A DNA stretch of 48,509 bases, from contig CAYVBX010000008.1 in the NCBI GenBank assembly GCA_964449945.1, positions 1 to 48,509 of the forward strand, given 5' to 3'. A model generated the notes under the pieces. That model was not told the origin of the DNA. It did no database searches and saw nothing but the letters and a program-made list of their open reading frames with translations. This DNA comes from an uncultured Candidatus Peribacteria bacterium. GTDB taxonomy: Bacteria; Patescibacteriota; Gracilibacteria; UBA1369; LOWO2-01-FULL-3. Of this stretch, positions 1 through 10,385 are shown piece after piece (the stretch's first letter is position 1; each line of letters starts with the position of its first letter). Both the position numbers and the translations under genes were made by a program.

Positions 1-2
1 GA

Positions 3-43
3 GTAGACAAAAAGTGGTGAAAAATGTCTACAGTTTTGTCTAC
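3..43 (-). terminator. Inverted repeat GTAGACAAAA / TTTTGTCTAC just downstream of the lysS stop; candidate terminator
   Basis: 10-bp perfect inverted repeat (3-12 and 34-43), 20 nt downstream of the lysS stop at 65-67. Any U-tract on the minus strand would lie beyond the window edge and cannot be seen. Confidence 0.3.
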
Positions 44-64
44 TATTCAATCAAGATTATTTGA

Positions 65-1588
65 TTAGTTTAAGGGTTTCATAATTGGAAATAAAACTAC
101 ATCTTTCAAGTTTTCTTGTCTTGTCATGAGTGCAACCATTCTATCAATTCCAATTCCAAAACCCGACATACAAGGCATACCATGCTCCATACAAGTAAGA
201 TATTCCTCATTCATAGACATGGCATCTTGATCACCAGAAGCCTTGGCTAGGGCCTGATTTTCAAATCTTTCTCTTTGATCAATAGGATCTACAAGCTCTC
301 CGTATGCATTCACGACCTCCCATGTATTAACAAGTAATTGAAAAGTGTCACAAACCCTAGGATCCTCATCATTTCTTCTTGCAAGAGGCTTTGTATGATA
401 TGGGTGTTTTATTACAAAACATGGTTGGATAAGCTTTGGTCTGGATACCTTTTTATACAATGCATCTACAAGGTTTCCATAACCCATTTTTTCAGCATCT
501 TCAATAAAAATATTCTTTTCTTTAATCTCTTTTAGCAATTCACTCGCATCATCATATTTTAATATATCAATTCCAGAATCTTCTAAGATCAACTTTGTAA
601 ACTCTTTTCTAGGCCATGGACCTGTAAAATCTATTTCAACATCATTTCCTTCTCTATCTACAATACTGATTTGCATTTTTCCAAATAGTTTCATTAAAAA
701 AGATTCGAATAATCTTTCTGTAAAGGCCATATTATCTTCAAAGCTCCAGTAAGCGCTATAATGTTCAAGCATAGAAAATTCTTGCAGATGACTCGGATCC
801 ATTCCTTCATTACGAAAACATTTTCCAATTTCAAACACTTTTTCAAATCCACTTACAATAGCCATCTTATGCCATGTTTCACCTCCTGCAATTCGTAAAT
901 ACATATCCATATCTAAAGCATTATGGTGAGTTATAAAAGGTTTTGCAGTTGCTCCAGATGAAGTGCTTTCAAGGTAAGGTGTTTCAATTTCATAAAACCC
1001 TTCTTTCCAATAAAATTCACGAAGAGCCTTGAGAAAATCACTTCTCAAAATAAATCGATCAAGGCTTTCTCTGTTCATGATTGTGTCTAAATATCTTTGT
1101 CTATAAATTTGTTCTTTATCAGAAAGTCCATGCCACTTTTCTGGAAGTGGTCTTAGAGCTTTTGAAAGAATTTCATAGTCATAAACCAAAATTGTCAGTT
1201 CTCCATGTTTTGTTTTAAATAATTCACCACTTATTCCAATAAAATCAGCCACATCAAGTAGATCCAAGTCTTCATATTTTTTTAAACCAATTTTATCATG
1301 CATAAAACATATTTGTATTTGGCCGGAGAAATCAGATAAATGAGCAAAACTTAGTTTTCCATGTCTTCTAAAAGACTTAATTCTTCCAGATAATTTCATT
1401 AAAGCTTCTTGTGGATTATTCAAAATATCTTCAACAGTCCGAACTTCATTATTCTCACCAAAGCTTAGAGCTTCATTTGAGCTATGGGTTCTTGAAAAAT
1501 TATATGCATACGGAATTACACCATTTTCTTTTAATTTATCTAATTTTTTTAGCCTATCTTGATATTCATTTGAAAGACGATCACTCAT
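65..1588 (-). CDS. lysS: Lysine--tRNA ligase, class II
   Basis: 507-aa ORF with an N-terminal OB-fold-type region followed by a class II core. It contains FRNEGMD and GFGIGIDRMVAL motif regions typical of LysRS, and the overall length is typical. Confidence 0.95.
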   Translation of the reverse strand: MSDRLSNEYQDRLKKLDKLKENGVIPYAYNFSRTHSSNEALSFGENNEVRTVEDILNNPQEALMKLSGRIKSFRRHGKLSFAHLSDFSGQIQICFMHDKIGLKKYEDLDLLDVADFIGISGELFKTKHGELTILVYDYEILSKALRPLPEKWHGLSDKEQIYRQRYLDTIMNRESLDRFILRSDFLKALREFYWKEGFYEIETPYLESTSSGATAKPFITHHNALDMDMYLRIAGGETWHKMAIVSGFEKVFEIGKCFRNEGMDPSHLQEFSMLEHYSAYWSFEDNMAFTERLFESFLMKLFGKMQISIVDREGNDVEIDFTGPWPRKEFTKLILEDSGIDILKYDDASELLKEIKEKNIFIEDAEKMGYGNLVDALYKKVSRPKLIQPCFVIKHPYHTKPLARRNDEDPRVCDTFQLLVNTWEVVNAYGELVDPIDQRERFENQALAKASGDQDAMSMNEEYLTCMEHGMPCMSGFGIGIDRMVALMTRQENLKDVVLFPIMKPLN

Positions 1589-1657
1589 ATAAAAAAGTTA
1601 TTATTAAAAAACAAAGACAATATAACGATAAAAACCCCCTAAAATCAAATAAAACTA

Positions 1658-3013
1658 TTATTCACCATAACTTTTATCAATATCCAAAAATCTTTGTCGT
1701 TCTTTTTGGAAGGCAAGCTCAATGTGTCCAATCGGTCCATGCCTATGTTTGCGAATATAAATATCTGTTAATCCTTTTCTGTCTGTATCTTCTTCGTAAT
1801 AATCCTCTCTATACATCATAAGAACGACATCAGCATCCTGCTCAATAGCTCCAGATTCTCTTAAGTCGGCAAGCTGAGGCGTTTTATTTGGTCTAAGTTC
1901 TACAGCACGAGAAAGCTGTGAAAGTGCAACTATTGGAATATGAAGATCTCTAGCTAAGGACTTTAAAGCACGAGAAATTTCAGAAATCTCTTGCACTCTG
2001 TTTCCCTGATATTGAGATTTAGAACTACCACTCATGAGCTGTAAATAGTCAATAAACAAAACATCAAGTCCATTTTCCATTTTAAGCCTCCTAGCTTTTG
2101 ATTTAAGCTCCGCAATTGAATTTCCGAGTGCATCATCAATAAAAATCTTCATTCTATTCATATTGTCCATAACATTTCCCATCCTTGCAAAATCTTCATC
2201 AGTTAGTTGGCCAGTTCTCATTTTCCAAGAATCCACATTTAAAAGGGAGCAAAACATTCTTTCAACAAGTTGTTCTTTGGACATCTCAAGCGACATAATG
2301 CCAACAGCTTTTCCATTTTGAGCAATATTTTGAGCAATATTAAGTGCAAATGCTGTTTTTCCCATAGCAGGACGAGCCGCGAGAATAATCAAATCTGAAG
2401 GGTGTAGTCCCGACAAAATTCTATCCAGTGAAGAAAAACCCGATAAAATACCACTATATTTTTCCTTGCCCTCACTATCATGCAAATCTGAAACTTTTTC
2501 GTAAGTATTAGTAAGAATGTCTTTAATATGAACAAAGCCATTTGAAATAAAATTTTGACTAACTCCAAAAAGCGCTCTTTCAGCTTTGTCAACAAGTTCA
2601 TCAATGGCTTCATCTTCAGTAAAACCTAGGCTTTTTATGTTATCGCCAGCAACTATTAATTTTCTCAAAATTGCTTTTTCCTTCACAATACTAGCATATT
2701 GAAAAATATGAGTAGAAGTAGGAACTTCATTCGCAAGTGATGAAATATAGCTAGCTCCTCCAATTTCTTTTAATTTTTTTCTATCATCTAAAATACTAGT
2801 TAGCGTAACTAGATCAGCTGGAGTCCTTCGTTCAAACAAATCAAGTATCGCTTGGTAAATTATTTTATGTGCATCGTGGTAAAAATCTTCTGGCCTTATT
2901 AAATCAGATATTTTAATTAAGGCATTCTTATCAATCAAAATAGAGCCCAGAGTAGACCTTTCCGCTTCTAAATTATGAGGAGGAACATAAGACGCCTTTT
3001 CAGCCATATACAA
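1658..3013 (-). CDS. dnaB: Replicative DNA helicase DnaB
   Basis: 451 aa. N-terminal LEAERSTLGSILID signature, Walker A AARPAMGKT, IDYLQLM and SQLSR motifs. No intein-sized insertion. Confidence 0.95.
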   Translation of the reverse strand: MYMAEKASYVPPHNLEAERSTLGSILIDKNALIKISDLIRPEDFYHDAHKIIYQAILDLFERRTPADLVTLTSILDDRKKLKEIGGASYISSLANEVPTSTHIFQYASIVKEKAILRKLIVAGDNIKSLGFTEDEAIDELVDKAERALFGVSQNFISNGFVHIKDILTNTYEKVSDLHDSEGKEKYSGILSGFSSLDRILSGLHPSDLIILAARPAMGKTAFALNIAQNIAQNGKAVGIMSLEMSKEQLVERMFCSLLNVDSWKMRTGQLTDEDFARMGNVMDNMNRMKIFIDDALGNSIAELKSKARRLKMENGLDVLFIDYLQLMSGSSKSQYQGNRVQEISEISRALKSLARDLHIPIVALSQLSRAVELRPNKTPQLADLRESGAIEQDADVVLMMYREDYYEEDTDRKGLTDIYIRKHRHGPIGHIELAFQKERQRFLDIDKSYGE

Positions 3014-3113
3014 CAGTTATTAATGAATAAATACCATCAACTAATTTTTAGCCCAAAAACAAAATACACTTTTTTAAGAATTTTTAAAGAATATTTAATC
3101 TTTTTTTTCTATA

Positions 3114-3503
3114 ATGAAAAACACTATAAAAAATAATATGAATAAATTACTTGGGAAACTGGGGGAAATAATTGCCTCAAAAGAGATAATAAAAAAAGGA
3201 TTTATACTAAAACACCGAAATTATCATTCAAGATACGGAGAAATAGATTTAGTCTTTTTATCGAAAAAAGATCCAAAATTTTTGCTTTTCTGTGAAGTCA
3301 AAACAAGAAGGGTTAAAAAAAAAGAAAGCCTTGAAGTCCTTTCAAAAAATCAAATTCAAAAAATAATAAAAACAATATTCGTTTTTATCGAAAAAAGTAG
3401 TTATAATGATTTTAAGTGGCAACTAGATTTGATTATGATACAGTTTGATCTAAGAAATTTGAAAAAACATTTTTTTCATTATAAAAATATACTTAATGAA
3501 TGA
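3114..3503 (+). CDS. yraN: YraN-family (UPF0102) endonuclease-like protein
   Basis: 129 aa with GEIDLV ... CEVKTRR, the characteristic YraN/UPF0102 pattern. Ends at a TGA and overlaps the next ORF by 8 nt. Confidence 0.75.
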   Translation: MKNTIKNNMNKLLGKLGEIIASKEIIKKGFILKHRNYHSRYGEIDLVFLSKKDPKFLLFCEVKTRRVKKKESLEVLSKNQIQKIIKTIFVFIEKSSYNDFKWQLDLIMIQFDLRNLKKHFFHYKNILNE

Positions 3504-4446
3504 CATAGAAAAAAGAAATATAGCCTTTGCTCTTTTATTGGGGTTTTTAGTAATATTCTCAGTTCTTTTTTTCATTTTTCAAAATTTTTTAAACAAAGGC
3601 ACACTTATTATTACTGAAAATTCAAAGACTTTCGCTCCATTCTCTTTATATGAAATAAAGGGGGGGTATCAAGTTTGTGAGTCTTTGCCTTGTGAATTAA
3701 AAGTTTTTGCAGGAAATAAGTATTTGATTTTTCAAAAACAAGGATATAAAGACAAAACTCTAAATTATAAAGTTTCTTTTTTTAAAAAACATCTAATTGA
3801 ATTGGATATGGAAATTGAGCCATATCTTGAGTTTACTGACTTGAAAATCAATCAAAATTTCAATCCATATGGTCTGATAATAGATCAAAAGACAGGCATA
3901 CAAAAACTAGTTAATTTGTTATCAAGTACAGACAACGATATAGCTTTTTTCCCTAAATTTATTGAGGATCCTAGATATTTTCTATCTGCAGACAACCTTT
4001 TAATCCTCGATAAAAACTCTTCACCAATTCTAGTAAACATATTAACTGGTGAAAAATCTTATATAGAAAACATTTTTGAAAATGCAGAAAATATTGTTTT
4101 TTCAAGAGATGCAAAGTTTTTTGCTTTTGAAAATACAATAAGCTCAACAATCCAAATTTATAATAAAGATAATTCGGAAATCATTGACACAAATATTAAA
4201 GCCAATGGAGATACTTTATTTGCTTTTGCAGACGACAAATCCCTTTTTCTTATAACAACAGATGAAGAGGCAGAGTATTTTCTTGTAGTCAAAAAATTTT
4301 TTCCACCTTTCCAGTTTGAAGAAATAATTTATAAATCTAATGAAATAACAGAAAAAGCCGAACAAGTTTTTATAACAGCAAATGCATCAGAGATCTTTAT
4401 CGAAACAAAAAATAAAGTCGTTAAGATCGTTTTAAAAATTTTTTAA
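3496..4446 (+). CDS. Hypothetical membrane-anchored protein (one N-terminal TM helix)
   Basis: 316-aa ORF with the N-terminal hydrophobic helix IAFALLLGFLVIFSVLFFIF. The rest is beta-rich with no motif I can assign. Confidence 0.5.
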   Translation: MNDIEKRNIAFALLLGFLVIFSVLFFIFQNFLNKGTLIITENSKTFAPFSLYEIKGGYQVCESLPCELKVFAGNKYLIFQKQGYKDKTLNYKVSFFKKHLIELDMEIEPYLEFTDLKINQNFNPYGLIIDQKTGIQKLVNLLSSTDNDIAFFPKFIEDPRYFLSADNLLILDKNSSPILVNILTGEKSYIENIFENAENIVFSRDAKFFAFENTISSTIQIYNKDNSEIIDTNIKANGDTLFAFADDKSLFLITTDEEAEYFLVVKKFFPPFQFEEIIYKSNEITEKAEQVFITANASEIFIETKNKVVKIVLKIF

Positions 4447-4490
4447 AATTATTTAACAATTTTTTAATCTTTATGTGTCATATTTAATAC

Positions 4491-6020
4491 ATGACATATA
4501 AAATTTTTTCTTGCGGACTGATTGGATTAGATACTTTTTTGGTTGAAGTAGAGGCTTTTCTTTCCTCAGGTCTCCCACAATTCAATATAGTAGGTCTTGG
4601 AGATGCTTCAGTTCAAGAGGCAAAAGAACGCGTCAGAGCATCAATTAAAAATTCCAATTTAGAGTTTCCACAAAACAGAAAAACTATAAATTTAGCACCA
4701 GCAGAAAAAAGAAAACAAGGCGCTTTGTATGATTTCCCAATTGCAGTAGCGCTTTTAATTGCTTCAGGGCAGGTCTCAGATTTTCACATTAAAGAGTCAG
4801 CTTTTATAGGAGAGCTTTCTTTGGGTGGAGAATTAAAACCAATAAATGGAACACTCGCTATTACAGAGTTTTTAGCTAAAAAGAATTTTAAAAAAATATT
4901 CATTCCAAACAAAAATTTTGCTGAAGCTTCACTAATTAAGGACATTGAAATAATAGCACTAGATAGTCTAAAAGCCTTTGTTGACTATACAAAAAATCCG
5001 GAAAATTATCAAAACAAAACTCACTATGAATTTTCATCATCATTAAATAAGCAAAACAAGATTTTAGCCTTTCAAGGAATAGCAGGCCATGAATATGCAA
5101 AACGAGCACTTACAATATCGGCCGCAGGAAGTCATTCAGTTCTTTTAAATGGGCCACCAGGTTGCGGAAAAACTATGCTTGCCAGATCAATTTCACAAAT
5201 ACTGCCACCACTTACAAGTGAAGAAAAGCTTTTATCCACAAAAATATTTTCTATTGCGGGCAAGTTAAATCCTAAAACGCCAATTGTTTTAAACAGACCA
5301 TTTCGCGAAGTTAATCCCACCGCCTCATTGCCATCAATAATAGGTGGGGGAGCCACACATCCCAAACCAGGGGAAATCACTCTTGCGCACAATGGAGTAC
5401 TATATTTAGATGAGATACCTGAGTTTCCAAGAAGAAGTATTGAATCATTAAGACAGCCTTTTGAAGATAGATTTATTATAATAAATCGAAGTAATTTTTC
5501 TCTTTGTTTCCCCTCCAATTTTATACTTATTGCATCAAAAAATCCTTGTCCTTGTGGTTATAGAGGTTCAAAAAAGAAAACATGTACTTGTACTGAAACC
5601 CAAGTAAAAACTTATCAAAAAAGGCTTTCAGGGCCTATATTGGATCGTTTTGACATATTCCTTGAGCTTGAAGATCAACAAGTATTAAACAGTTTAAAAA
5701 AAGATTACAAAGAAGATGAAAATAAAGAAGATTATTTAAAATTGATAAAAAATGCTCTTGATAGACAAAAATTGAGATTTAAGAATGAAAAACTAATAAA
5801 AAGAAATAGCGAACTATCATTAGAACAAATTAAAAAATATTGTTCAATTTCAGAAAAAGCATTAAAAATTCTTGAATTAGCTGTTCAAAAATTAAATTTG
5901 TCTTCAAGGGCATATTTAAAAACAATAAGGATAGCAACCACCATACAAGACTTAGAATTGGCAGAAGAAATAACCGAAAAACACATTAGTGAAGCAATAC
6001 AATTTCGCCTTAGGGAATAA
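4491..6020 (+). CDS. comM: YifB/ComM family Mg-chelatase-like AAA+ ATPase
   Basis: 509 aa. Has an N-terminal Lon-protease-like domain, Walker A GPPGCGKT and Walker B LYLDEIPEF. Also has the CPCGY Cys cluster and the C-terminal helical domain typical of ComM/YifB. Confidence 0.9.
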   Translation: MTYKIFSCGLIGLDTFLVEVEAFLSSGLPQFNIVGLGDASVQEAKERVRASIKNSNLEFPQNRKTINLAPAEKRKQGALYDFPIAVALLIASGQVSDFHIKESAFIGELSLGGELKPINGTLAITEFLAKKNFKKIFIPNKNFAEASLIKDIEIIALDSLKAFVDYTKNPENYQNKTHYEFSSSLNKQNKILAFQGIAGHEYAKRALTISAAGSHSVLLNGPPGCGKTMLARSISQILPPLTSEEKLLSTKIFSIAGKLNPKTPIVLNRPFREVNPTASLPSIIGGGATHPKPGEITLAHNGVLYLDEIPEFPRRSIESLRQPFEDRFIIINRSNFSLCFPSNFILIASKNPCPCGYRGSKKKTCTCTETQVKTYQKRLSGPILDRFDIFLELEDQQVLNSLKKDYKEDENKEDYLKLIKNALDRQKLRFKNEKLIKRNSELSLEQIKKYCSISEKALKILELAVQKLNLSSRAYLKTIRIATTIQDLELAEEITEKHISEAIQFRLRE

Positions 6021-6023
6021 TTT

Positions 6024-6695
6024 TTATTTTACTACTTTCTCCCCAACAATTGAAAGATAATTACTATAAATAGGGTAATTTATTTTTGGCGAAGTTGTTT
6101 TATTGTTTTCTTCAATTTCAATATCAGACTCTTCTTTGATTAACAATCTAATTCGTTGATTAACTTCAAGATTATCAGGCAGATTTGCCCTTACTTTAAA
6201 ACTCACTCCATTTTTTAAATCCACTTTGTTTATAAAAGAAAATTCATACTTCTCCGCAACAGGTTTTGAATAAATAAATTCATTATCTTTCTCCAAAAAC
6301 AAATCTATCGATTGGCCTTCTTTTAAACCTTCAACAGAAAACCTTATATCCTTCAAATATGCCTCAGACATACTTTTAATCGAAAACTCCATTAGATATA
6401 CATTTTCTTCAGCATTTTTTGCATAAGAAAAGATATTTTTATTATTAAAAATAATATTATCACTTAAAACAGCTTTATTGCTTAAAGCTAGACTATCTCT
6501 ATTATTGAAGCCTGATACATCAGCCATGTTTACCCTCATATTAGAAATACTTTTTAAATCTTTTGAGAAAGCAAGCATAGTATCAACTCCTTCCAAATAA
6601 AAACTTTTAAAAGACGAATTATAGCTTAGTCCTGCCATCGACAAAACTAAAACTAAAAAATAAAAATAAATTTTAATTATATTTTTTACATTCAT
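6024..6695 (-). CDS. Hypothetical secreted or membrane-anchored protein
   Basis: 223 aa with an N-terminal signal-like helix YFYFLVLVLSMAGLS. No recognisable motifs. Overlaps the upstream ORF by 23 nt. Confidence 0.5.
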   Translation of the reverse strand: MNVKNIIKIYFYFLVLVLSMAGLSYNSSFKSFYLEGVDTMLAFSKDLKSISNMRVNMADVSGFNNRDSLALSNKAVLSDNIIFNNKNIFSYAKNAEENVYLMEFSIKSMSEAYLKDIRFSVEGLKEGQSIDLFLEKDNEFIYSKPVAEKYEFSFINKVDLKNGVSFKVRANLPDNLEVNQRIRLLIKEESDIEIEENNKTTSPKINYPIYSNYLSIVGEKVVK

Positions 6696-7908
6696 TGATT
6701 ATTTTTATAAGTAATTCTCGATTTATGAAATCTTTAGAAGCAAAAATATCGGAAACGTTATTTGCAAATTCAAACTTTTTTAAAGCCTGAGCATAAGGAA
6801 AAACTGGATCATCTATACTTAAATCTTTAAAAAATATTTTTTTTGATTGAAGTTTTTCTATCTCTATTTCAAAAAAATCAAATATGTATTTTACGGCATC
6901 AGCTCTACTTAAATACCCCTCCTTTAATTCGCTTATATCTGCATCAAATCCAGATAATTCTTTAAGAATTTCTTGAAGATCACTTTTAGAAACATTTACT
7001 ACTGGGGAAATGTCAATAATATTTGAATATTTGTATTTAACAGAAGAGTTGCTTTTATAATAAATCTTCAAAACTAAATAATAGCTTTCATTTTCATTTA
7101 TAAACAAATCATTAAGTACTTGAACATTGACAGGCATTTTTGTTATTGAGTTTATCGACTTGAAATTGCCACTAGCAAAAACATCTTCAGAGAGAGGTAT
7201 TTCGTTATATGGAAAAATTTTGCCCTCAAAAATTATTTCTCTATATTTTTTTTCATTTTCTAAATAATCAAGTTTATTACTAATTAAAATTTCATAACTT
7301 TTATCATAAATTAAAAAGTCATTAAGCTTATAATCAAAAGAAATTGAATGATCTTTATTGATTTTTTCAATAAAAAAATCGTCAATAGTCGAAACTTTTT
7401 CACCTATATCAATCTTAAAAAAGTTATTATCAGAATTTGTTTCAAAAACATCGTCGTTCAAAATCTTTATGTAAAAGACAATCTCCGCACCGCTAAATTG
7501 TTTGTCCATTTCAAAAATAAAGTCATTTGAAACATATTCTTCTCCCTTATTCAAACTAAGACCACTACCAGAATTTTTAACAAAAACAAATTCTTTGCTA
7601 ATATTGTTTCCAATTATCACACTTAAGTCTTTCACAAAAACTCCTTCATTTTTTATTTTATAACTAGCGATATATTTATTTCCATTTTTCCGTACTGATA
7701 CTTTTTCAAGACTCAAATCACTTTTATCTGTTTTGACTTCATCAATAATTTTATTGGCATTTATTAAGGCAGAATTCATTATTTCAAACATAGAAGTCTT
7801 TAAAAAGCTTTCATCCACATCAGATTTAAAAACAGAAGGAGAATATACACCTAAAATAAGGGACAAAATCGCAAGTACTAAATATATTAAAGCCTTTTTT
7901 ATTTTCAT
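6673..7908 (-). CDS. Hypothetical secreted or membrane-anchored protein, possibly with a degenerate SLH-like C-terminus
   Basis: 411 aa with N-terminal hydrophobic helix ALIYLVLAILSLILGV. The C-terminal FKDLSIDDPVFPYAQALKKFEF ... segment weakly resembles S-layer-homology repeats. Confidence 0.5.
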   Translation of the reverse strand: MKIKKALIYLVLAILSLILGVYSPSVFKSDVDESFLKTSMFEIMNSALINANKIIDEVKTDKSDLSLEKVSVRKNGNKYIASYKIKNEGVFVKDLSVIIGNNISKEFVFVKNSGSGLSLNKGEEYVSNDFIFEMDKQFSGAEIVFYIKILNDDVFETNSDNNFFKIDIGEKVSTIDDFFIEKINKDHSISFDYKLNDFLIYDKSYEILISNKLDYLENEKKYREIIFEGKIFPYNEIPLSEDVFASGNFKSINSITKMPVNVQVLNDLFINENESYYLVLKIYYKSNSSVKYKYSNIIDISPVVNVSKSDLQEILKELSGFDADISELKEGYLSRADAVKYIFDFFEIEIEKLQSKKIFFKDLSIDDPVFPYAQALKKFEFANNVSDIFASKDFINRELLIKIINECKKYN

Positions 7909-8078
7909 TTTTGTTTTTTTAATCCCTATATTTTACCACAAAATCACATTGAAAAGTAGACTAGTAAGGCAAAAAGATTGTCTCTGGCAATAAAACAGGT
8001 TGACAAACAATGGCAATAAGTTGTAAAACAAAACAAGTAAGAGTAGATATTTTTTTCTATTTTGATAAAGTTCTTGAA

Positions 8079-9440
8079 ATGAAGAATCTAACAAAACCAA
8101 TAATGTCAAAATTCCTTGTTGAGGGCGGGCATAAATTGTCAGGAGAAATTACAGTTTCCGGCTCAAAAAACGCATCACTTCCCATTCTTTGTGCCTCACT
8201 AATTTCAAACGAAGTCTCGGTTTTTACAAACATTCCAGACATTGATGATATACGAAGCCTTTTAAGCATTTTTGAACATCTTGGAGTTAAGACAAATTTT
8301 GAAAACAACACAGTAACAATCGATCCTAGAAACATAAAAAACAACGGCTTTCCAGATGAAATTGTTAAAAAAATGAGATCATCAATCTTGCTTATTGGGG
8401 CTTTAGTAAATAGATTTAATGAGATTTTGATGCCATTTCCCGGAGGTTGTGTGCTTGGAAAAAGATCAGTCTCAACTCATGTCAGCGGATTTTTAGAACT
8501 AGGCGTAAAAGTAATAGACGATAACGAAAATATTCATTTAGTTATCGACAAATTAGTAGGAAAAAAAGTAATACTTGAAGAGCAAAGCGTTACAGCAACA
8601 GAAAATATGATTATGGCATCAGTTTTAGCTAAAGGCGAAACAGAAATCAGAATGTGTGCAACAGAACCACATGTTCAAGATCTTTGTCTTTGTCTTAATT
8701 CAATGGGAGCAAAAATTGAAGGAATTGGCTCAAGTAATTTAAAAATAACAGGAGTAGAAAGTCTTTCAGGGGCAAATTATGAAATTCAAGGAGATTATTT
8801 AGAAGCAGGAACAATCGCCTCTGCAACAGTCGCAACCAAAGGAGATGTAGTAATAAAAGGCATAAACACAGATTATTTAGATAGTTTTTGGCAAAAATTA
8901 CGAGAAATTGGCGTCGATTTTGAATTAAAACCATTCGAAGTTCATATCAAACCTTGGGAAAAATTATACGCTACTCCAAAGCTTCGAACAGCAGTTTATC
9001 CAAGCTTTGCAACAGATCTACAAGCTCCATTTACAGTACTTTTGACACAGGCTGAAGGAATTTCAAAAGTTTTTGAAACACTTTTTGAAGGCCGTTTAAA
9101 TTATCTTTTTGAATTAGAGCAAATGGGCGCAAAAATCGAATATTTAAACCCACATCAAGCCTTAATTATTGGTCCAAGCAAATTAAAAGGCAGACCAATT
9201 TCAAGTTATGACATTCGAGCAGGAGCCGCAATGGTGATAGCATCTTTAATGGCAGAAGGAACAACAGAAATTTCAAATATCAAATATATTGATAGGGGAT
9301 ACGAAGATCTTGAAAAAAAGTTAAATAGTTTGGGGGCAAAAATTAAAAGAATTGATATTTTTAATAACGAAGAATTAGTTAGAGATAACAGCTCTATTAG
9401 TAAGAAAGAAATTCCATTAGAAACAACAAAATTGGTTTAG
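8079..9440 (+). CDS. murA: UDP-N-acetylglucosamine 1-carboxyvinyltransferase
   Basis: MSKFLVEGGHKLSGEITVSGSKNASLPIL aligns with canonical MurA N-termini. The active-site Cys loop PGGCVLGKRSV is present. The track ORF starts at 8010, but by homology the start is ATG 8079 or 8103. About 35 extra C-terminal residues follow the usual MurA end. Confidence 0.9.
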   Translation: MKNLTKPIMSKFLVEGGHKLSGEITVSGSKNASLPILCASLISNEVSVFTNIPDIDDIRSLLSIFEHLGVKTNFENNTVTIDPRNIKNNGFPDEIVKKMRSSILLIGALVNRFNEILMPFPGGCVLGKRSVSTHVSGFLELGVKVIDDNENIHLVIDKLVGKKVILEEQSVTATENMIMASVLAKGETEIRMCATEPHVQDLCLCLNSMGAKIEGIGSSNLKITGVESLSGANYEIQGDYLEAGTIASATVATKGDVVIKGINTDYLDSFWQKLREIGVDFELKPFEVHIKPWEKLYATPKLRTAVYPSFATDLQAPFTVLLTQAEGISKVFETLFEGRLNYLFELEQMGAKIEYLNPHQALIIGPSKLKGRPISSYDIRAGAAMVIASLMAEGTTEISNIKYIDRGYEDLEKKLNSLGAKIKRIDIFNNEELVRDNSSISKKEIPLETTKLV

Positions 9441-9451
9441 ATATAGCAAAG

Positions 9452-10330
9452 CTACCAAGTAAATTTTACAGTTTTATCAATATCATTTCTGAAAATTTCC
9501 CTTACATTTACTTTATAAAAATTTATCAACACTTCTAGGTGTGGATGATTAAATCGATTTTCTTTTCCTGCTTGTATCACAACAATTTCTGGCAAAACAA
9601 CCTGCAGAAAACCAAGGTTATTACTGCTTTTACTTCCATGATGATTTGCCTTAAAAATATAACTCTGTAAACGAGAGCCATATTTTTTTATCAAAATTTT
9701 TTCAATTTCTTCTGAAATATCACCAGCTAGAAGAATTTTTTTTCCTTCATATTCAATTTGCACGACTATGGAGCTGTCGTTTGCATTATGCCCAGTTTCT
9801 CCAAGCAAAGAGCTAAATGGATAAAGTACTTCCATTTTAACATCTCCAAAATAATATTTTTCGCCAGCAAAAGGGATAATTATTTTGGAAATAGCACTTT
9901 TATTAAGTTTTTCTAGTTCACTTATTAGTTTTAAATAAATTGGAGAACCTGCAGAAACTCCATTTAAAAAAATATAGTCCACTTCATATCGTTTTAATAT
10001 ATCTAATGCACCGCCAATATGATCTAGATCATTATGTGTTAGAATAAGTAAGTCTATACTCCTGTCAAAAAATGGCATAGCATTAAGTAATTGTTCTAAA
10101 ACTTTATTATCGGGGCCAGTATCAATAAGTATTTGATGATTTTCTGGTGTTTTAATAAAAATTGAATCACCTTGTCCAACATCAAAAAATCTTATTTCAA
10201 AATTATTATTTGGGAAATATATAATTAAGTAAACAATCAAAACAATTTGAAAAGCAAGAAAATACAAAAGTCGGTTTTTTATCTTTTGGTAAACAAATAC
10301 ATCGTTTTGACTAGTCGTATTTTCTTGCAT
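9452..10330 (-). CDS. ComEC/Rec2-related metallo-beta-lactamase domain protein (MBL domain only)
   Basis: 292 aa with one N-terminal TM helix, then FFDVGQGDSIFI and LILTHNDLDHIGG, as in the C-terminal MBL domain of ComEC. The competence channel domain is absent. Confidence 0.8.
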   Translation of the reverse strand: MQENTTSQNDVFVYQKIKNRLLYFLAFQIVLIVYLIIYFPNNNFEIRFFDVGQGDSIFIKTPENHQILIDTGPDNKVLEQLLNAMPFFDRSIDLLILTHNDLDHIGGALDILKRYEVDYIFLNGVSAGSPIYLKLISELEKLNKSAISKIIIPFAGEKYYFGDVKMEVLYPFSSLLGETGHNANDSSIVVQIEYEGKKILLAGDISEEIEKILIKKYGSRLQSYIFKANHHGSKSSNNLGFLQVVLPEIVVIQAGKENRFNHPHLEVLINFYKVNVREIFRNDIDKTVKFTW

Positions 10331-10385
10331 GATATAAAATTATCACACAAGTATTAAATACTAATTAAATAATTCTAAATTTTTA

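Noticed and set aside
1411-1821. 136-aa plus-strand ORF bridging the lysS-dnaB intergenic region.
   Set aside because: It overlaps both conserved minus-strand genes in antisense. Its low-complexity, Leu/Tyr/His-rich sequence shows no motif and is a frame shadow.
8010-8078. Upstream extension of murA (MAISCKTKQVRVDIFFYFDKVLE).
   Set aside because: Canonical MurA N-termini align with MSKFLVEGG (8103) or at most MKNLTKPI (8079). The extension has no homology-like character and probably covers promoter DNA.
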